A stretch of 63,531 nt of DNA, counting the filler. It is 5 parts of 5 records of this genome, joined end to end, with 100 filler letters (N's around TTAATTAATTAA, not from the genome) between each part and the next. Parts side by side here need not be neighbours in the genome. Positions count along the whole stretch, not along the records: positions 22,233 to 29,764 come from DRR723986_6423; positions 29,865 to 48,954 come from DRR723986_6426; 3 more parts are not named here. One strand, 5' to 3'. Under the pieces are notes generated by a model. That model saw nothing but the letters and a program-made list of their open reading frames with translations, was not told the DNA's origin and did no database searches. Numbering within the stretch: the stretch's first letter is position 1; every line of letters begins with the position of its first letter. Positions 22,133-31,576 of this stretch are shown in pieces. The position numbers and the translations under genes are program-made.

Positions 22133-22232
22133 NNNNNNNNNNNNNNNNNNNNNNNNNNNNNNNNNNNNNNNNNNNNTTAATTAATTAANNNNNNNNNNNN
22201 NNNNNNNNNNNNNNNNNNNNNNNNNNNNNNNN
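22133..22232. other. Artificial contig linker
   Basis: N-run/TTAATTAATTAA/N-run. Confidence 0.99.
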
Positions 22233-22297
22233 CCGCTCATCTGAACGGCTGACTGACGCCCGCTCCCTCTCCGGTTTGATATTGCCGCACCGCAAAT

Positions 22298-22312
22298 GTT
22301 CACGTAATGTTC
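22298..22312. promoter_or_regulatory. Alphaproteobacterial LexA (SOS) box
   Basis: GTTC-acgtaat-GTTC, perfect GTTC-N7-GTTC in intergenic DNA. Confidence 0.72.
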
Positions 22313-22346
22313 TCAAGCTGCGGCCGTTGGAAAAGGATTAGAGGCG

Positions 22347-22733
22347 ATGCTAAAAGGAAGTTGTTATTGCGGAGCCATCGAGTTTGCATTGGACTCGCCA
22401 CCGACGATGATGGGCACCTGCCATTGTTCGCGGTGCCGCAAGGCCGGGGCCAGCGCGATTGTTTTTGTGAAGAAAGACACCCTGAGCTGGATCAAGGGCA
22501 AAGACAACGTTCAGGTTTTTGTCCCTGAGGCGCCGTATAAATACCCCAGATGCTTTTGCAAAACCTGCGGGACATCTTTGGGCGAAATCCTGTCAGAGGA
22601 AGACAGTTTTCCGATCTCGGCCAATGCGTTTGATGATGAACTGCCGGTCAAAAATGGCTTTCATGAACATGTGAATGAAAAACCGTCCTGGTACGAGATT
22701 TGCGACCCTAAAGACCCATCCGCAGAGGGTTAA
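22347..22733 (+). CDS. GFA/CENP-V family protein
   Basis: GSCYCG, CHCSRCRK, RCFCKTCG. Confidence 0.92.
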   Translation: MLKGSCYCGAIEFALDSPPTMMGTCHCSRCRKAGASAIVFVKKDTLSWIKGKDNVQVFVPEAPYKYPRCFCKTCGTSLGEILSEEDSFPISANAFDDELPVKNGFHEHVNEKPSWYEICDPKDPSAEG

Positions 22734-22745
22734 ACCCTCGGCGTA

Positions 22746-23081
22746 TCACACCCTGGCAAGCTGCCTGACATCCTCAAGGCAGCTTGCAACCGCGCCTTGG
22801 ATCAATTGATAAAACACCCAGTTCTTGATGCGTTTGCTGCGCACAAGGCCTGCATCTTGCAGGATTTTCATATGGTTGGTCACCGTCGGCTGTTTCAGGC
22901 CGATCTTTTCGGTGATGAAACCGACACAAACGCCATCCTGCACCAAATCGCCATCCACTTGCGGCGGGAAAAACCGCTCGGGGTCGGCCAGCCAATGCAG
23001 GATTTGCAAGCGGTTTTCATTCGCCAAAGCCTTCAACGGGCCAGCGATTGACTCGATTTCCACGGTCGTATAGTCATTCAT
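22746..23081 (-). CDS. ArsR/SmtB family regulator
   Basis: LKALANENRLQIL, GVCVG, QPTVTNHMKIL..GLV...KNWVFY. Confidence 0.92.
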   Translation of the reverse strand: MNDYTTVEIESIAGPLKALANENRLQILHWLADPERFFPPQVDGDLVQDGVCVGFITEKIGLKQPTVTNHMKILQDAGLVRSKRIKNWVFYQLIQGAVASCLEDVRQLARV

Positions 23082-23112
23082 CTATATAGATTCTCCACTA
23101 TGCAGGTATGCT

Positions 23113-23988
23113 ATGCCACAGACCTCCGACCACTACAACTTTGTGCATTGCGATGTTTTCGCAAACCGCCCTTTTGCGGGCAACAGCCTTGCGGTTTTTA
23201 CCGATTGCGCCGGGCTAAGCGCCGAACAGATGCTGCGCATGACACAGGAAATGCGGCATTTCGAATCTATTTTTCTCTGCCAAGACCAAGGACAAATCAC
23301 CGCACGCGTTTTTGATCTGATCGAAGAATTGCCCTTCGCCGGACACCCACTGATCGGCGCGGCCTGTACGTTGCACCGCGCCAGTGGCAGCCTCACACCG
23401 CAAATCTGGAAAATCCGATTGAACGGCGGACGCGTGGTCAAAATTGCCACCAAGGTCGAAGATGGCAGATACATTGGCACACTGGATCAAGGCGCCCCGG
23501 ATTTCATCGCGGCCTTGCCCGCCACGGCCAAGCCGGGCTTTGCCAAGGCGTTCAATCTGACCACCGAACAGATCGCCGATCTGCCGCTTGAGGTGATTTC
23601 CACCGGGCTAAAATATCTCGTCATCCCTCTGACCTCCGGGCTGGAGAATGCGCGGATCACCATCGCTGATCTTGATCAGAAACTGGCGGATGTCGGGGCC
23701 GAATTTGCCTATCTGTTTGATGTAAGCACCTTTGAAGGACGGCATTGGAACAACGATGGCATCGTCGAGGACATCGCCACCGGCAGTGCGGCCGGGGTGG
23801 TAGGGGCCTTTGCGCTGAAACACAGGCTGATCAAAGCGGGCGATCCAGTGGCCCTTAAACAAGGGCATTTCATAGGTCGCCCCAGCCGGTTGCAGGTGAC
23901 GGCCTATGGCACCCCTGATAGCATCACAAATATCTCCGTTGCAGGGCAGGTCGCCTTTGTCGGTGAAGGAAAGGTTGTCGCCCCATGA
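23113..23988 (+). CDS. PhzF family isomerase/epimerase
   Basis: DVFA..FAGNSLAVF, ELPFAGHP, STG, EDIATGSA, QG..GRPS. Confidence 0.93.
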   Translation: MPQTSDHYNFVHCDVFANRPFAGNSLAVFTDCAGLSAEQMLRMTQEMRHFESIFLCQDQGQITARVFDLIEELPFAGHPLIGAACTLHRASGSLTPQIWKIRLNGGRVVKIATKVEDGRYIGTLDQGAPDFIAALPATAKPGFAKAFNLTTEQIADLPLEVISTGLKYLVIPLTSGLENARITIADLDQKLADVGAEFAYLFDVSTFEGRHWNNDGIVEDIATGSAAGVVGAFALKHRLIKAGDPVALKQGHFIGRPSRLQVTAYGTPDSITNISVAGQVAFVGEGKVVAP

Positions 23989-24962
23989 TCCCCATATTTC
24001 AACCCGAAGATATTGCCCCGCATCTGGACATTGCCGCCCTGTTGCCCGCTGCAAAAGATGCCTTTTGCGCAATCTCGAATGGTAGCGCGCAAGCGCCCGT
24101 CTATGTGTTGCACCCCAATGACATGGCGGACATTCACGTCAAATCCGCCTGCCTGCCAGATTGCCCGGTCTTCACCGTCAAGATGGCAGGCTGGTCGCAA
24201 GTGCTTGTCGATCGCGGCGAACCGGCCTCCAGCGGATTGATCGTTGTGTTTGACAGCGTCACCTGCAAACCCATCGCGATTTTGCAGGACAATCATCTGA
24301 TCTCGGATTATCGCACTGCGGCTGCCGGCGCTGTGGTTGCCGATCTGCTCGCTCCTCGGGATGTCGGCAGCGCATTGGTCGTCGGCACTGGACTGCAGGC
24401 GCGGTTGCAAGTCGAGGCATTGCTGTTGTCGCGCCGTGTGCCACAAATCGCGATATGGGGGCGCGATCCACAAAAGACCGCGCAACTGCGCGATGATCTG
24501 GCCGAAATCCACCCGAGAACAGAATTTTCACGCGCTGGCGATCTTGCAGATGCCGCGCCGCGTGCCGATGTGATCCTCACCGCCACTGCCGCCAAAGACC
24601 CGGTGATCGACGCAGGCTGGCTGCGGCCCGGCCAACACATCACCTCCGTCGGCTCCGATGACGCAACCAAATGCGAGATTGACCCGCAGGTGATGGCACA
24701 GGCCAAGGTCTTTGTAGATGCCCGCACGTCAGGTGAGGCGTTCGGATCACCCCGCCGGGCGATCGCGCGAGAGATTATCGCGGCAAGCGATCTGACCGAG
24801 ATTGGCACCTGTTTGACCCAAGGCACCGCACGCGACCCTAAGGGTATCACACTCGCCTGTCTCAGCGGCCTTGGCATTCAGGATCTCACTGCCGTACGCC
24901 ACCTTTGGCAAAAGATCCAACCCGCCGCGCAACTGGACCTCACCGGCAAAGCCGTTACATAG
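23985..24962 (+). CDS. Ornithine cyclodeaminase/mu-crystallin family protein
   Basis: RTAAAG, VGTGLQA, ADVILTAT, GQHITSVGSD, SGLGIQD. Confidence 0.92.
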   Translation: MIPIFQPEDIAPHLDIAALLPAAKDAFCAISNGSAQAPVYVLHPNDMADIHVKSACLPDCPVFTVKMAGWSQVLVDRGEPASSGLIVVFDSVTCKPIAILQDNHLISDYRTAAAGAVVADLLAPRDVGSALVVGTGLQARLQVEALLLSRRVPQIAIWGRDPQKTAQLRDDLAEIHPRTEFSRAGDLADAAPRADVILTATAAKDPVIDAGWLRPGQHITSVGSDDATKCEIDPQVMAQAKVFVDARTSGEAFGSPRRAIAREIIAASDLTEIGTCLTQGTARDPKGITLACLSGLGIQDLTAVRHLWQKIQPAAQLDLTGKAVT

Positions 24963-24987
24963 GGTAGGTTCCGATCCGAGGCACCTG

Positions 24988-26040
24988 ATGATCCCCTGCA
25001 CCCTTTCCACCTATAGCGATCTGACCGATCTGGCCGTGGACACGATCATTGATGTCCGCGCACCGTCCGAATTTGCCGAAGACCACCTGCCCGGCGCGAT
25101 CAACCTGCCCGTGCTGGATGATGCGCAGCGGGCCAAGGTCGGCACGATCTACAAACAGGACAGCCCCTTTAACGCCCGCAAAATCGGTGCCGCCCTTGTG
25201 GCACAAAACACCGCCGCGCATTTGCAAGGGCCGCTGGCGGGCAAAGGTGGCGATTGGCAGCCACTGGTCTATTGCTGGCGCGGTGGCCAAAGGTCCGGTG
25301 CCTTTGCCACGATCCTCGATCAGGTTGGTTGGCGGGTGCGGCTGCTCAGCGGTGGTTATCGCAGCTATCGCCGTCTGGTCAGCAAGATGCTTTATGACGG
25401 CCCGTTGCCGCACCAAATGATCCTGGTGTCAGGGGGCACCGGCACTGCCAAAACCCGCCTGCTACAACATCTTGTAAACGCTGGCGGGCAAATACTCGAC
25501 CTCGAAGCGCTGGCCGGGCATCGCGGTTCGATCTTTGGGGCGATGGCAGAGGGACAACCCAAACAGAAACTGTTCGAGTCCCGTTTGGCAGCGGCATGCG
25601 CACAGCTTGATCCGAACAAGGTAACCTGGGTCGAAGCCGAAAGCAGCAAGATCGGCGACCGTGTCGTGCCGCCCGCGCTATGGATCCGCATGTGCGCCGC
25701 GCAGAGGGTCGAAATATCTGCCCCCTTGGCCGCCCGCGCCGATTTCCTATGCCGCGCTTACGAGGATTTGACCTCTGATCCGGCGCAATTCGGGGCCCAA
25801 ATGGATCAAATGCGGTCCTTTCATCCCGCTGACCGGATCGGACACTGGCATGATCTGGCCAGAACCGGTGAATGGAACACCCTCGCGGCGGACCTGATCC
25901 GTGACCACTACGACCCGCGATATGCCAAATCAGCCGCCCGCACCACCACACCGCTGCGGAGATTGGAATTGGCTGATTTATCTGACGACACATTGCAGCA
26001 GACCGCGCAAACACTGCTCAGCGGCGCGGCGCCAGCGTGA
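24988..26040 (+). CDS. mnmH: tRNA 2-selenouridine synthase (SelU/MnmH)
   Basis: Rhodanese IDVRAPSEF..YCWRGGQRS plus P-loop GGTGTAKT, HRGSIFG, EAESSKIG, HYDPRY. Confidence 0.95.
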   Translation: MIPCTLSTYSDLTDLAVDTIIDVRAPSEFAEDHLPGAINLPVLDDAQRAKVGTIYKQDSPFNARKIGAALVAQNTAAHLQGPLAGKGGDWQPLVYCWRGGQRSGAFATILDQVGWRVRLLSGGYRSYRRLVSKMLYDGPLPHQMILVSGGTGTAKTRLLQHLVNAGGQILDLEALAGHRGSIFGAMAEGQPKQKLFESRLAAACAQLDPNKVTWVEAESSKIGDRVVPPALWIRMCAAQRVEISAPLAARADFLCRAYEDLTSDPAQFGAQMDQMRSFHPADRIGHWHDLARTGEWNTLAADLIRDHYDPRYAKSAARTTTPLRRLELADLSDDTLQQTAQTLLSGAAPA

Positions 26041-28189
26041 TCGCACCCTGCCCGGCAGATAGTGTGCCGATCACCGCCGCCGTGACGCCCTTTGCCTGCA
26101 TCTGCGCCACTGCCCTAGCCGCCGCATCGGGCGGCAAAGCAGCCAACAATCCCCCCGCCGTTTGCGGGTCATAAAGCAGTGGGTCATCCACTCCCGCAAC
26201 CAGCGCATCGCGGCGATTGGCAGGCATCAAACTTGACGCGATGCCTCTGTCCGACAATGCCCGTGCGCCATCATAAACCGGGATCTGATCCTGCCACAGA
26301 TATGCATCCATCCTAGACCCCCGGCAGATCGCCCGAACATGCCCGGCAACGCCAAACCCCGTCACATCCGTCATCGCATGCGCATTGGCCAGCGCCGCCG
26401 CCGCAATATCCTGCGGCTTTTGCATGGTTTGCAAGGCAGTGGCCACATCGCGCCCATCCGCCTTGCCTTGCATATCCGCCGCAAAGATCACCCCCGTACC
26501 AATGGGCCGGGTCAACACCAGCAGATCACCATCCTGCGCCCCGGAAACGGCGACCGGCATCTCGTCGCGCAGCCCCGTCACCGTGAACCCAACCGTCAAT
26601 TCGGCCCCCATGGTGGTATGCCCGCCCACCAGTTGCGCCCCTGCTGCGCCCATCACGGCAGATGCCGCTTGGGTGATCTCGGCCAAGGTCCGCACCTGCA
26701 AATCCGGGGCCATCTGCGGCAGGATCACATGCGCCAGCGCCACCTGCGGCTTGGCTCCCATCGCCCAGATATCACCCAGCGCATGAACCGCCGCCACCTG
26801 TGTCATGCACACGGGGTCTTCTATCATCGCTCGCAAATGATCCGTGCTGATCACCTGAAACCCGCCGCTCGGCTGGCGCAACACCGCAGAATCGTCGCCC
26901 GCCCCAGTGAGCACTTCGCCACTGACGGGCGGCAGCTGGCCTAACGCGCCACCCAAAACACCGCCGCCCACCTTGGCCCCGCAACCACCACAAAGGGGCG
27001 CAGCACCCAACATCTCGGCAACACCCGCCGCCACAGGGGTGCGCGGCGGCTCTGCCTGCATCACCGGCAGGTTGGTGAATTTCTCCATAAAGACCCGATC
27101 AATCCGATCTTTCCACCGCCACAGCAATGGGCCAGACAGGCTCACCCCGAACTTCTCCGCCATCGCGGATTTACCACCCAGCGAAATCAGCTTGAGATAA
27201 TGCGCTTGCGGTTTGAACCGGCGGCGACGGCCAACGCCCAAGGCGGCTCGCAAATTGTGATGCAGTACCGGCGCGGCTCGCACGGCAAACACCCCGGCCT
27301 TTGGCCGCGGCGCGAAAGGCATATGTGCGCAATCCCCCACGGCAAACAAGGCGGGATCACCCTCCACGCCCAATGTTTCATCAACCCGAATAAAGCCATC
27401 CTGAAGCGGCAGGTCAGTCTCGCCAACCCATCCATGGGCAAAGGCACCCGCAGCCCCCACACAGAGCGCCGCGGCAACCGCCTCTTGCCCGGCTATTTCA
27501 ACCCGCTTTGGCCCGACCTTGATCACCTGCGCGCCGCACCGCACTGCCACGCCAAGCTGCTTCATCTGCGCCAACAGCCGCCGCCGGGCCGACGCGCCCA
27601 CACCTGAAATCTCAGCAGCAGCCTCAATCACCGTGACATCAGGCACAACGCCAACCTGCCGCAAGGCATGGGCCATCGCCAAGGCCAGCTCGCACCCCGC
27701 CACGCCGCCGCCGATCACCGCAACCTCCGGCGCGGCCTGCCTGGCCTGCACCTGCGCCAGAAAATCCCGCCAGCGGGAAGCATAAACATCCAGCGGCTTG
27801 GCCCCGACCCCGTGCGCGGCAAATCCCGGCAGATCCATCTGCGCGGTGATCCCCACATCAATGGAAGCCACATCATAAGCCACGGGCATCCGCCCCTCCA
27901 TCAAGACCTGCCGCGCGGCCCGATCGATCCCGCAGGCCCTGTCCAGAATAAGCCGCGCGCCAGCATGACGGCACAATCGCACCAGATCTATCTCAAGGGT
28001 ATCGCGCCCGTAATGCCCCGCGACATGCCCCGGCAACATCCCTGTATAAGGCGCCGTCGGACCGGGGTTGATCACCGTCAACCGCACCCCCGGCAAGGGG
28101 TTCATCCCCCAGGACCGCAACACCAGCGCATGGGCATGCCCGCCCCCGATCAACACCAGATCCCGCGTCAAAGGCACATTGCCCAACAT
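26018..28189 (-). CDS. selD: Selenide,water dikinase fused to an N-terminal FAD/NAD(P) oxidoreductase domain
   Basis: IGGGHAH, YTGMLPG, IGGGVAG, FAVGDC; then CGGCGAKV, GDDSA, DIWAMG, GGHT, TDVTGFG, DPQTAGGLL. Confidence 0.95.
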   Translation of the reverse strand: MLGNVPLTRDLVLIGGGHAHALVLRSWGMNPLPGVRLTVINPGPTAPYTGMLPGHVAGHYGRDTLEIDLVRLCRHAGARLILDRACGIDRAARQVLMEGRMPVAYDVASIDVGITAQMDLPGFAAHGVGAKPLDVYASRWRDFLAQVQARQAAPEVAVIGGGVAGCELALAMAHALRQVGVVPDVTVIEAAAEISGVGASARRRLLAQMKQLGVAVRCGAQVIKVGPKRVEIAGQEAVAAALCVGAAGAFAHGWVGETDLPLQDGFIRVDETLGVEGDPALFAVGDCAHMPFAPRPKAGVFAVRAAPVLHHNLRAALGVGRRRRFKPQAHYLKLISLGGKSAMAEKFGVSLSGPLLWRWKDRIDRVFMEKFTNLPVMQAEPPRTPVAAGVAEMLGAAPLCGGCGAKVGGGVLGGALGQLPPVSGEVLTGAGDDSAVLRQPSGGFQVISTDHLRAMIEDPVCMTQVAAVHALGDIWAMGAKPQVALAHVILPQMAPDLQVRTLAEITQAASAVMGAAGAQLVGGHTTMGAELTVGFTVTGLRDEMPVAVSGAQDGDLLVLTRPIGTGVIFAADMQGKADGRDVATALQTMQKPQDIAAAALANAHAMTDVTGFGVAGHVRAICRGSRMDAYLWQDQIPVYDGARALSDRGIASSLMPANRRDALVAGVDDPLLYDPQTAGGLLAALPPDAAARAVAQMQAKGVTAAVIGTLSAGQGAITLAPRR

Positions 28190-28200
28190 CTTTGCCCACT

Positions 28201-28292
28201 TCCCTTTTTGGCCCCAAATACTTCAGGGAGTTTGAGGGACAGCGTCCCTCATCACCAAAACAAAATCGCTTGCGGGCCCCAAAGGGGGCCGC
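28201..28292. repeat. REP-like palindromic intergenic element
   Basis: TGAGGGAC-agc-GTCCCTCA hairpin preceded by CCAAATA, plus second hairpin GCGGGCCCC-aaa-GGGGGCCGC. Confidence 0.45.
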
Positions 28293-28323
28293 GCCTCTGC
28301 CTATCAGTGCCAGAAACACACCG

Positions 28324-29763
28324 CTAATGAAAATCCCGCGACTTCGGGATCACGCGCACATCGCGTGGATGCCGCCGGGCGCTGACCTGTCCGGCAATCG
28401 GATGGGTTGGATGATCCCCCCGCGCCTGCGTCTGCGGCACCCGGTCTACGGCCAGATCATCAAGCCGGTCGGTGCGGTTCTCAAGCCGGTCCGCCACCAC
28501 GTGAATAACCCGCCCGTCACTTTGAATGCGCCCATGCACCACCAAAAGCCGGGCGCCCATGATGATGGGCCGAAAATGTTCAAACAGCTTGGGCCAGATC
28601 ACCAGATTGGCCACCCCCGCCTCATCCTCCAGCGTGATAAAACACACGCCTTTGGCACTGCCGGGCTTTTGCCGCACCAACACCAGCCCCGCCAATGAGA
28701 CCCGTGCCCCGTTCCGCATCCCCGGCAGTTGATCGGTCACGGCAAACCCCTGACGCCGCAGGCTGGCGCGGAAAAAGCTGACCGGATGCGCCTTCAGCGA
28801 CAATCGCAATGTCTGATAATCGGCCACCACATGTTCGGCCTGGGGCATGGCGGGCAGCGATACAGCGGGCTCCGCCCCCTCGTCCCCCGCTTCGGCGTGG
28901 GTAAAGATCGGCAGATCCGGCGCATCTTTCAAAGCCTGCCCCTGCCACAGCGCCTGACGCCGGTCGATCCCCATGGACCGCATCGCATCCGCCGCCGCCA
29001 GCCGCCGCACCGTCCCGCGGTCCAGCCGCGCCCGCGCCTTGAGGTCAGCCACATCAACAAACGGCACATCCCGCGCCGCCATGATCCGCGCTGCGGCATC
29101 CTCGCGCATGCCGTCCACCTGCCGCAGGCCAAGCCGCAGTGCAAATCCGGTCTCGCAAGGTTCAAGCGTGCTGTTCCAATCGGAATAATTGGCATCCACC
29201 CCGCGCAACTCCACACCATGTTCCCTTGCATCCCGCACGATTTGTGCGGGCGCATAAAACCCCATCGGCTGGGAATTGAGCAGCGCACAGGCAAAGGCCG
29301 CCGGATAGTGACATTTCATCCAGGAGGACACATAGACCAGTTTGGCAAAGCTGGCCGCGTGGCTTTCGGGAAAGCCATAATCACCAAAGCCTTTGATCTG
29401 GTCAAAACACCGCCGCGCAAAATCTTCCGAATAGCCGCGATCGGTCATCCTCCCGACCATCTTGTTTTGCAGCGTTTCAATGGTCCCGCGCGACCGAAAG
29501 GTGGCCATCGCCTTGCGCAGCTCATTGGCCTCCTTGGGCGTAAACCGCGCCGCATCAATGGCGATCTTCATCGCCTGTTCCTGAAAGATCGGCACGCCCA
29601 GCGTCCGCCCCAGGATCTTGAGCAATTCATCCTGTGGATGTTCCGGCCCCGGCGCGGGATAGCTGACCCCCTCCAATCCCTGACGCCGGCGCAGGAACGG
29701 ATGCACCATATCGCCCTGAATGGGGCCGGGGCGCACAATCGCCACCTCGATCACCAGATCATA
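28324..29763 (-). CDS. dnaE2: Second error-prone DNA polymerase, C-terminal part (5' cut by contig end)
   Basis: DLVIEVAIVRPGPIQGDMV, YGFPESHA, LLNSQPMGFY, RQKPGSAKG, SRDFH. Confidence 0.97.
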   Translation of the reverse strand, partial: YDLVIEVAIVRPGPIQGDMVHPFLRRRQGLEGVSYPAPGPEHPQDELLKILGRTLGVPIFQEQAMKIAIDAARFTPKEANELRKAMATFRSRGTIETLQNKMVGRMTDRGYSEDFARRCFDQIKGFGDYGFPESHAASFAKLVYVSSWMKCHYPAAFACALLNSQPMGFYAPAQIVRDAREHGVELRGVDANYSDWNSTLEPCETGFALRLGLRQVDGMREDAAARIMAARDVPFVDVADLKARARLDRGTVRRLAAADAMRSMGIDRRQALWQGQALKDAPDLPIFTHAEAGDEGAEPAVSLPAMPQAEHVVADYQTLRLSLKAHPVSFFRASLRRQGFAVTDQLPGMRNGARVSLAGLVLVRQKPGSAKGVCFITLEDEAGVANLVIWPKLFEHFRPIIMGARLLVVHGRIQSDGRVIHVVADRLENRTDRLDDLAVDRVPQTQARGDHPTHPIAGQVSARRHPRDVRVIPKSRDFH

Positions 29764-29764
29764 A

Positions 29765-29864
29765 NNNNNNNNNNNNNNNNNNNNNNNNNNNNNNNNNNNN
29801 NNNNNNNNTTAATTAATTAANNNNNNNNNNNNNNNNNNNNNNNNNNNNNNNNNNNNNNNNNNNN
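29765..29864. other. Artificial contig linker
   Basis: N-run/TTAATTAATTAA/N-run. Confidence 0.99.
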
Positions 29865-30229
29865 CTTCGCCCCGCTCCCAGCCCTTTCAGGTCTTCTCAC
29901 GTCGCTTGTTTTTTCCTCTTGTTAACCACCGAGCCCAAAACCACATATCACACAGCCACAATCCTTTATCCTCAAACCCATAAACACCTCAGCCACAAAA
30001 CAGTCTAAAGCCCCACAGATGTCAATCCAAAAACATCAACACCTTAAACATTCAGTCATCCCGCCGGCTGACAGCAACACAAACAGACAGCATAAGCAGC
30101 ATTAACAAACACTACAGCTCAGCAGAACATCCAGCAGCCCGCCTAACGCTGCCGCAGGAGCGACCAGCGCCTTTGTCGCATAGCTACTCAACTAGCATCA
30201 AAGCGCAATAAACTGCAGGTCCATCAACC

Positions 30230-31387
30230 TTATGAACACCGAACTTCAATTAACGCGATATCGTCCGGCTGGCCGCTGCCGTCCTGGAATTCGCGCACTT
30301 TGTTAACAAGGTGATCTATCATTCGCTGCTCTGACGAAGCCCTGCCGGCGCGCAGCTCTTCCTTTAGGCGCTCGAATCCAAACATTTCACCGGCTTCATT
30401 AAACGCCTCCGTCACGCCATCGGTGTACGCCACAAAAACATCGTCGTTTAACAAGGTAAATTTGCCGCCGTGATAGTCGGCACCCTCCAGAAGTCCCAGT
30501 GCCGTATTGCCGCCAACGGCACAACTTCCCATTTCACCTGACTTGTTAATAATCAAGGGTGCAGGGTGGCCACCATTGCAATACTGCATCTCTCCAGTAC
30601 GAACGTTTAAGCGGCCATAAAAAACCGTTACAAACATCGCCGAATCATTCCCCTGCGCCAAAATCATATTAGCGCGTTTTAGACACTCTTCCGGCGACTC
30701 GATTGTCATTGCAACCGAGCGGATCATCGTCCTGGCAACCGCCATAAAAAATGCAGCGGCTATTCCCTTCCCGGACACATCTCCAACTACGACTCCCAGG
30801 TGCTCATCATCCAGTTGAAAATAGTCATAGAAATCACCACCGATTAAACGCGCGGGCTGCAAGATAGCGCGAAGATTCACACCCGGCCAGTCCGCAAAGC
30901 TCGGAGCCGGTTCAGGTAAAATATCCTGCTGCAATTGCCCGGCTACCGAGATCTCGCGTTCAATCGCACTTAACTTGCGCCGCTGTTTATCAGCGCGTTT
31001 ACGCTCCTCTACCTGGCGTACCGTTTTCTCAATCGTCAGGTGCAAATCGGCAAAATCAATTGGCTTGGTCACAAAGTCAAACGCACCGCGATTCATCGCC
31101 GTCCGAATGTTAACCATATCTCCATATGCTGAGATAACGATGGCGCGCAACCACGGATTAAACTGGCTCAAATGTTTCAGCAGCGTCAAACCGTCCATAA
31201 CAGGCATGTTAATGTCCGTCAGCACCAAATCGAACTCAGGGTGATCTTTTAAAGTGGCGAGCGCCTCCACTCCATTGCGCGCAAAGCGGAATTCAAATTC
31301 TCCCTGGCGAATCGCGCGCCGGAACTTCTGGAGGATCAAAACCTCAAAGTCTTCCTCATCATCAACTACCAGTATGGATACACTCAT
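30230..31387 (-). CDS. Response regulator with SpoIIE/PP2C phosphatase output (RsbU-like)
   Basis: REC (VVDDE, TDINMP, KP) plus GGDFYD, GDVSGKG, YTDGVTE, DDIAL. Confidence 0.95.
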   Translation of the reverse strand: MSVSILVVDDEEDFEVLILQKFRRAIRQGEFEFRFARNGVEALATLKDHPEFDLVLTDINMPVMDGLTLLKHLSQFNPWLRAIVISAYGDMVNIRTAMNRGAFDFVTKPIDFADLHLTIEKTVRQVEERKRADKQRRKLSAIEREISVAGQLQQDILPEPAPSFADWPGVNLRAILQPARLIGGDFYDYFQLDDEHLGVVVGDVSGKGIAAAFFMAVARTMIRSVAMTIESPEECLKRANMILAQGNDSAMFVTVFYGRLNVRTGEMQYCNGGHPAPLIINKSGEMGSCAVGGNTALGLLEGADYHGGKFTLLNDDVFVAYTDGVTEAFNEAGEMFGFERLKEELRAGRASSEQRMIDHLVNKVREFQDGSGQPDDIALIEVRCS

Positions 31388-31576
31388 TCTCTAACCTGGC
31401 TCCCGGCGCTGTCGCACGCTATATTGGCCTGCTATGCCCGTTTCTCGCGCCGCACACCTTCATGTGCTACAAAAATACGCGTAAATATTTGCTCTTCTAT
31501 CATTATTCCAATGCCTGACATATTTTTCAGCTCACTCCACAAGTCAAATTCCTGACAAACCAACTGCACGTTGGCC

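Noticed and set aside
26960-27000. Selenocysteine recoding in selD
   Set aside because: Active-site codons read Cys; no in-frame TGA.
26018-29763. Functional selenium-mutagenesis operon (dnaE2 followed by selD)
   Set aside because: Only adjacency; separated by hairpin elements, with no mechanistic support.
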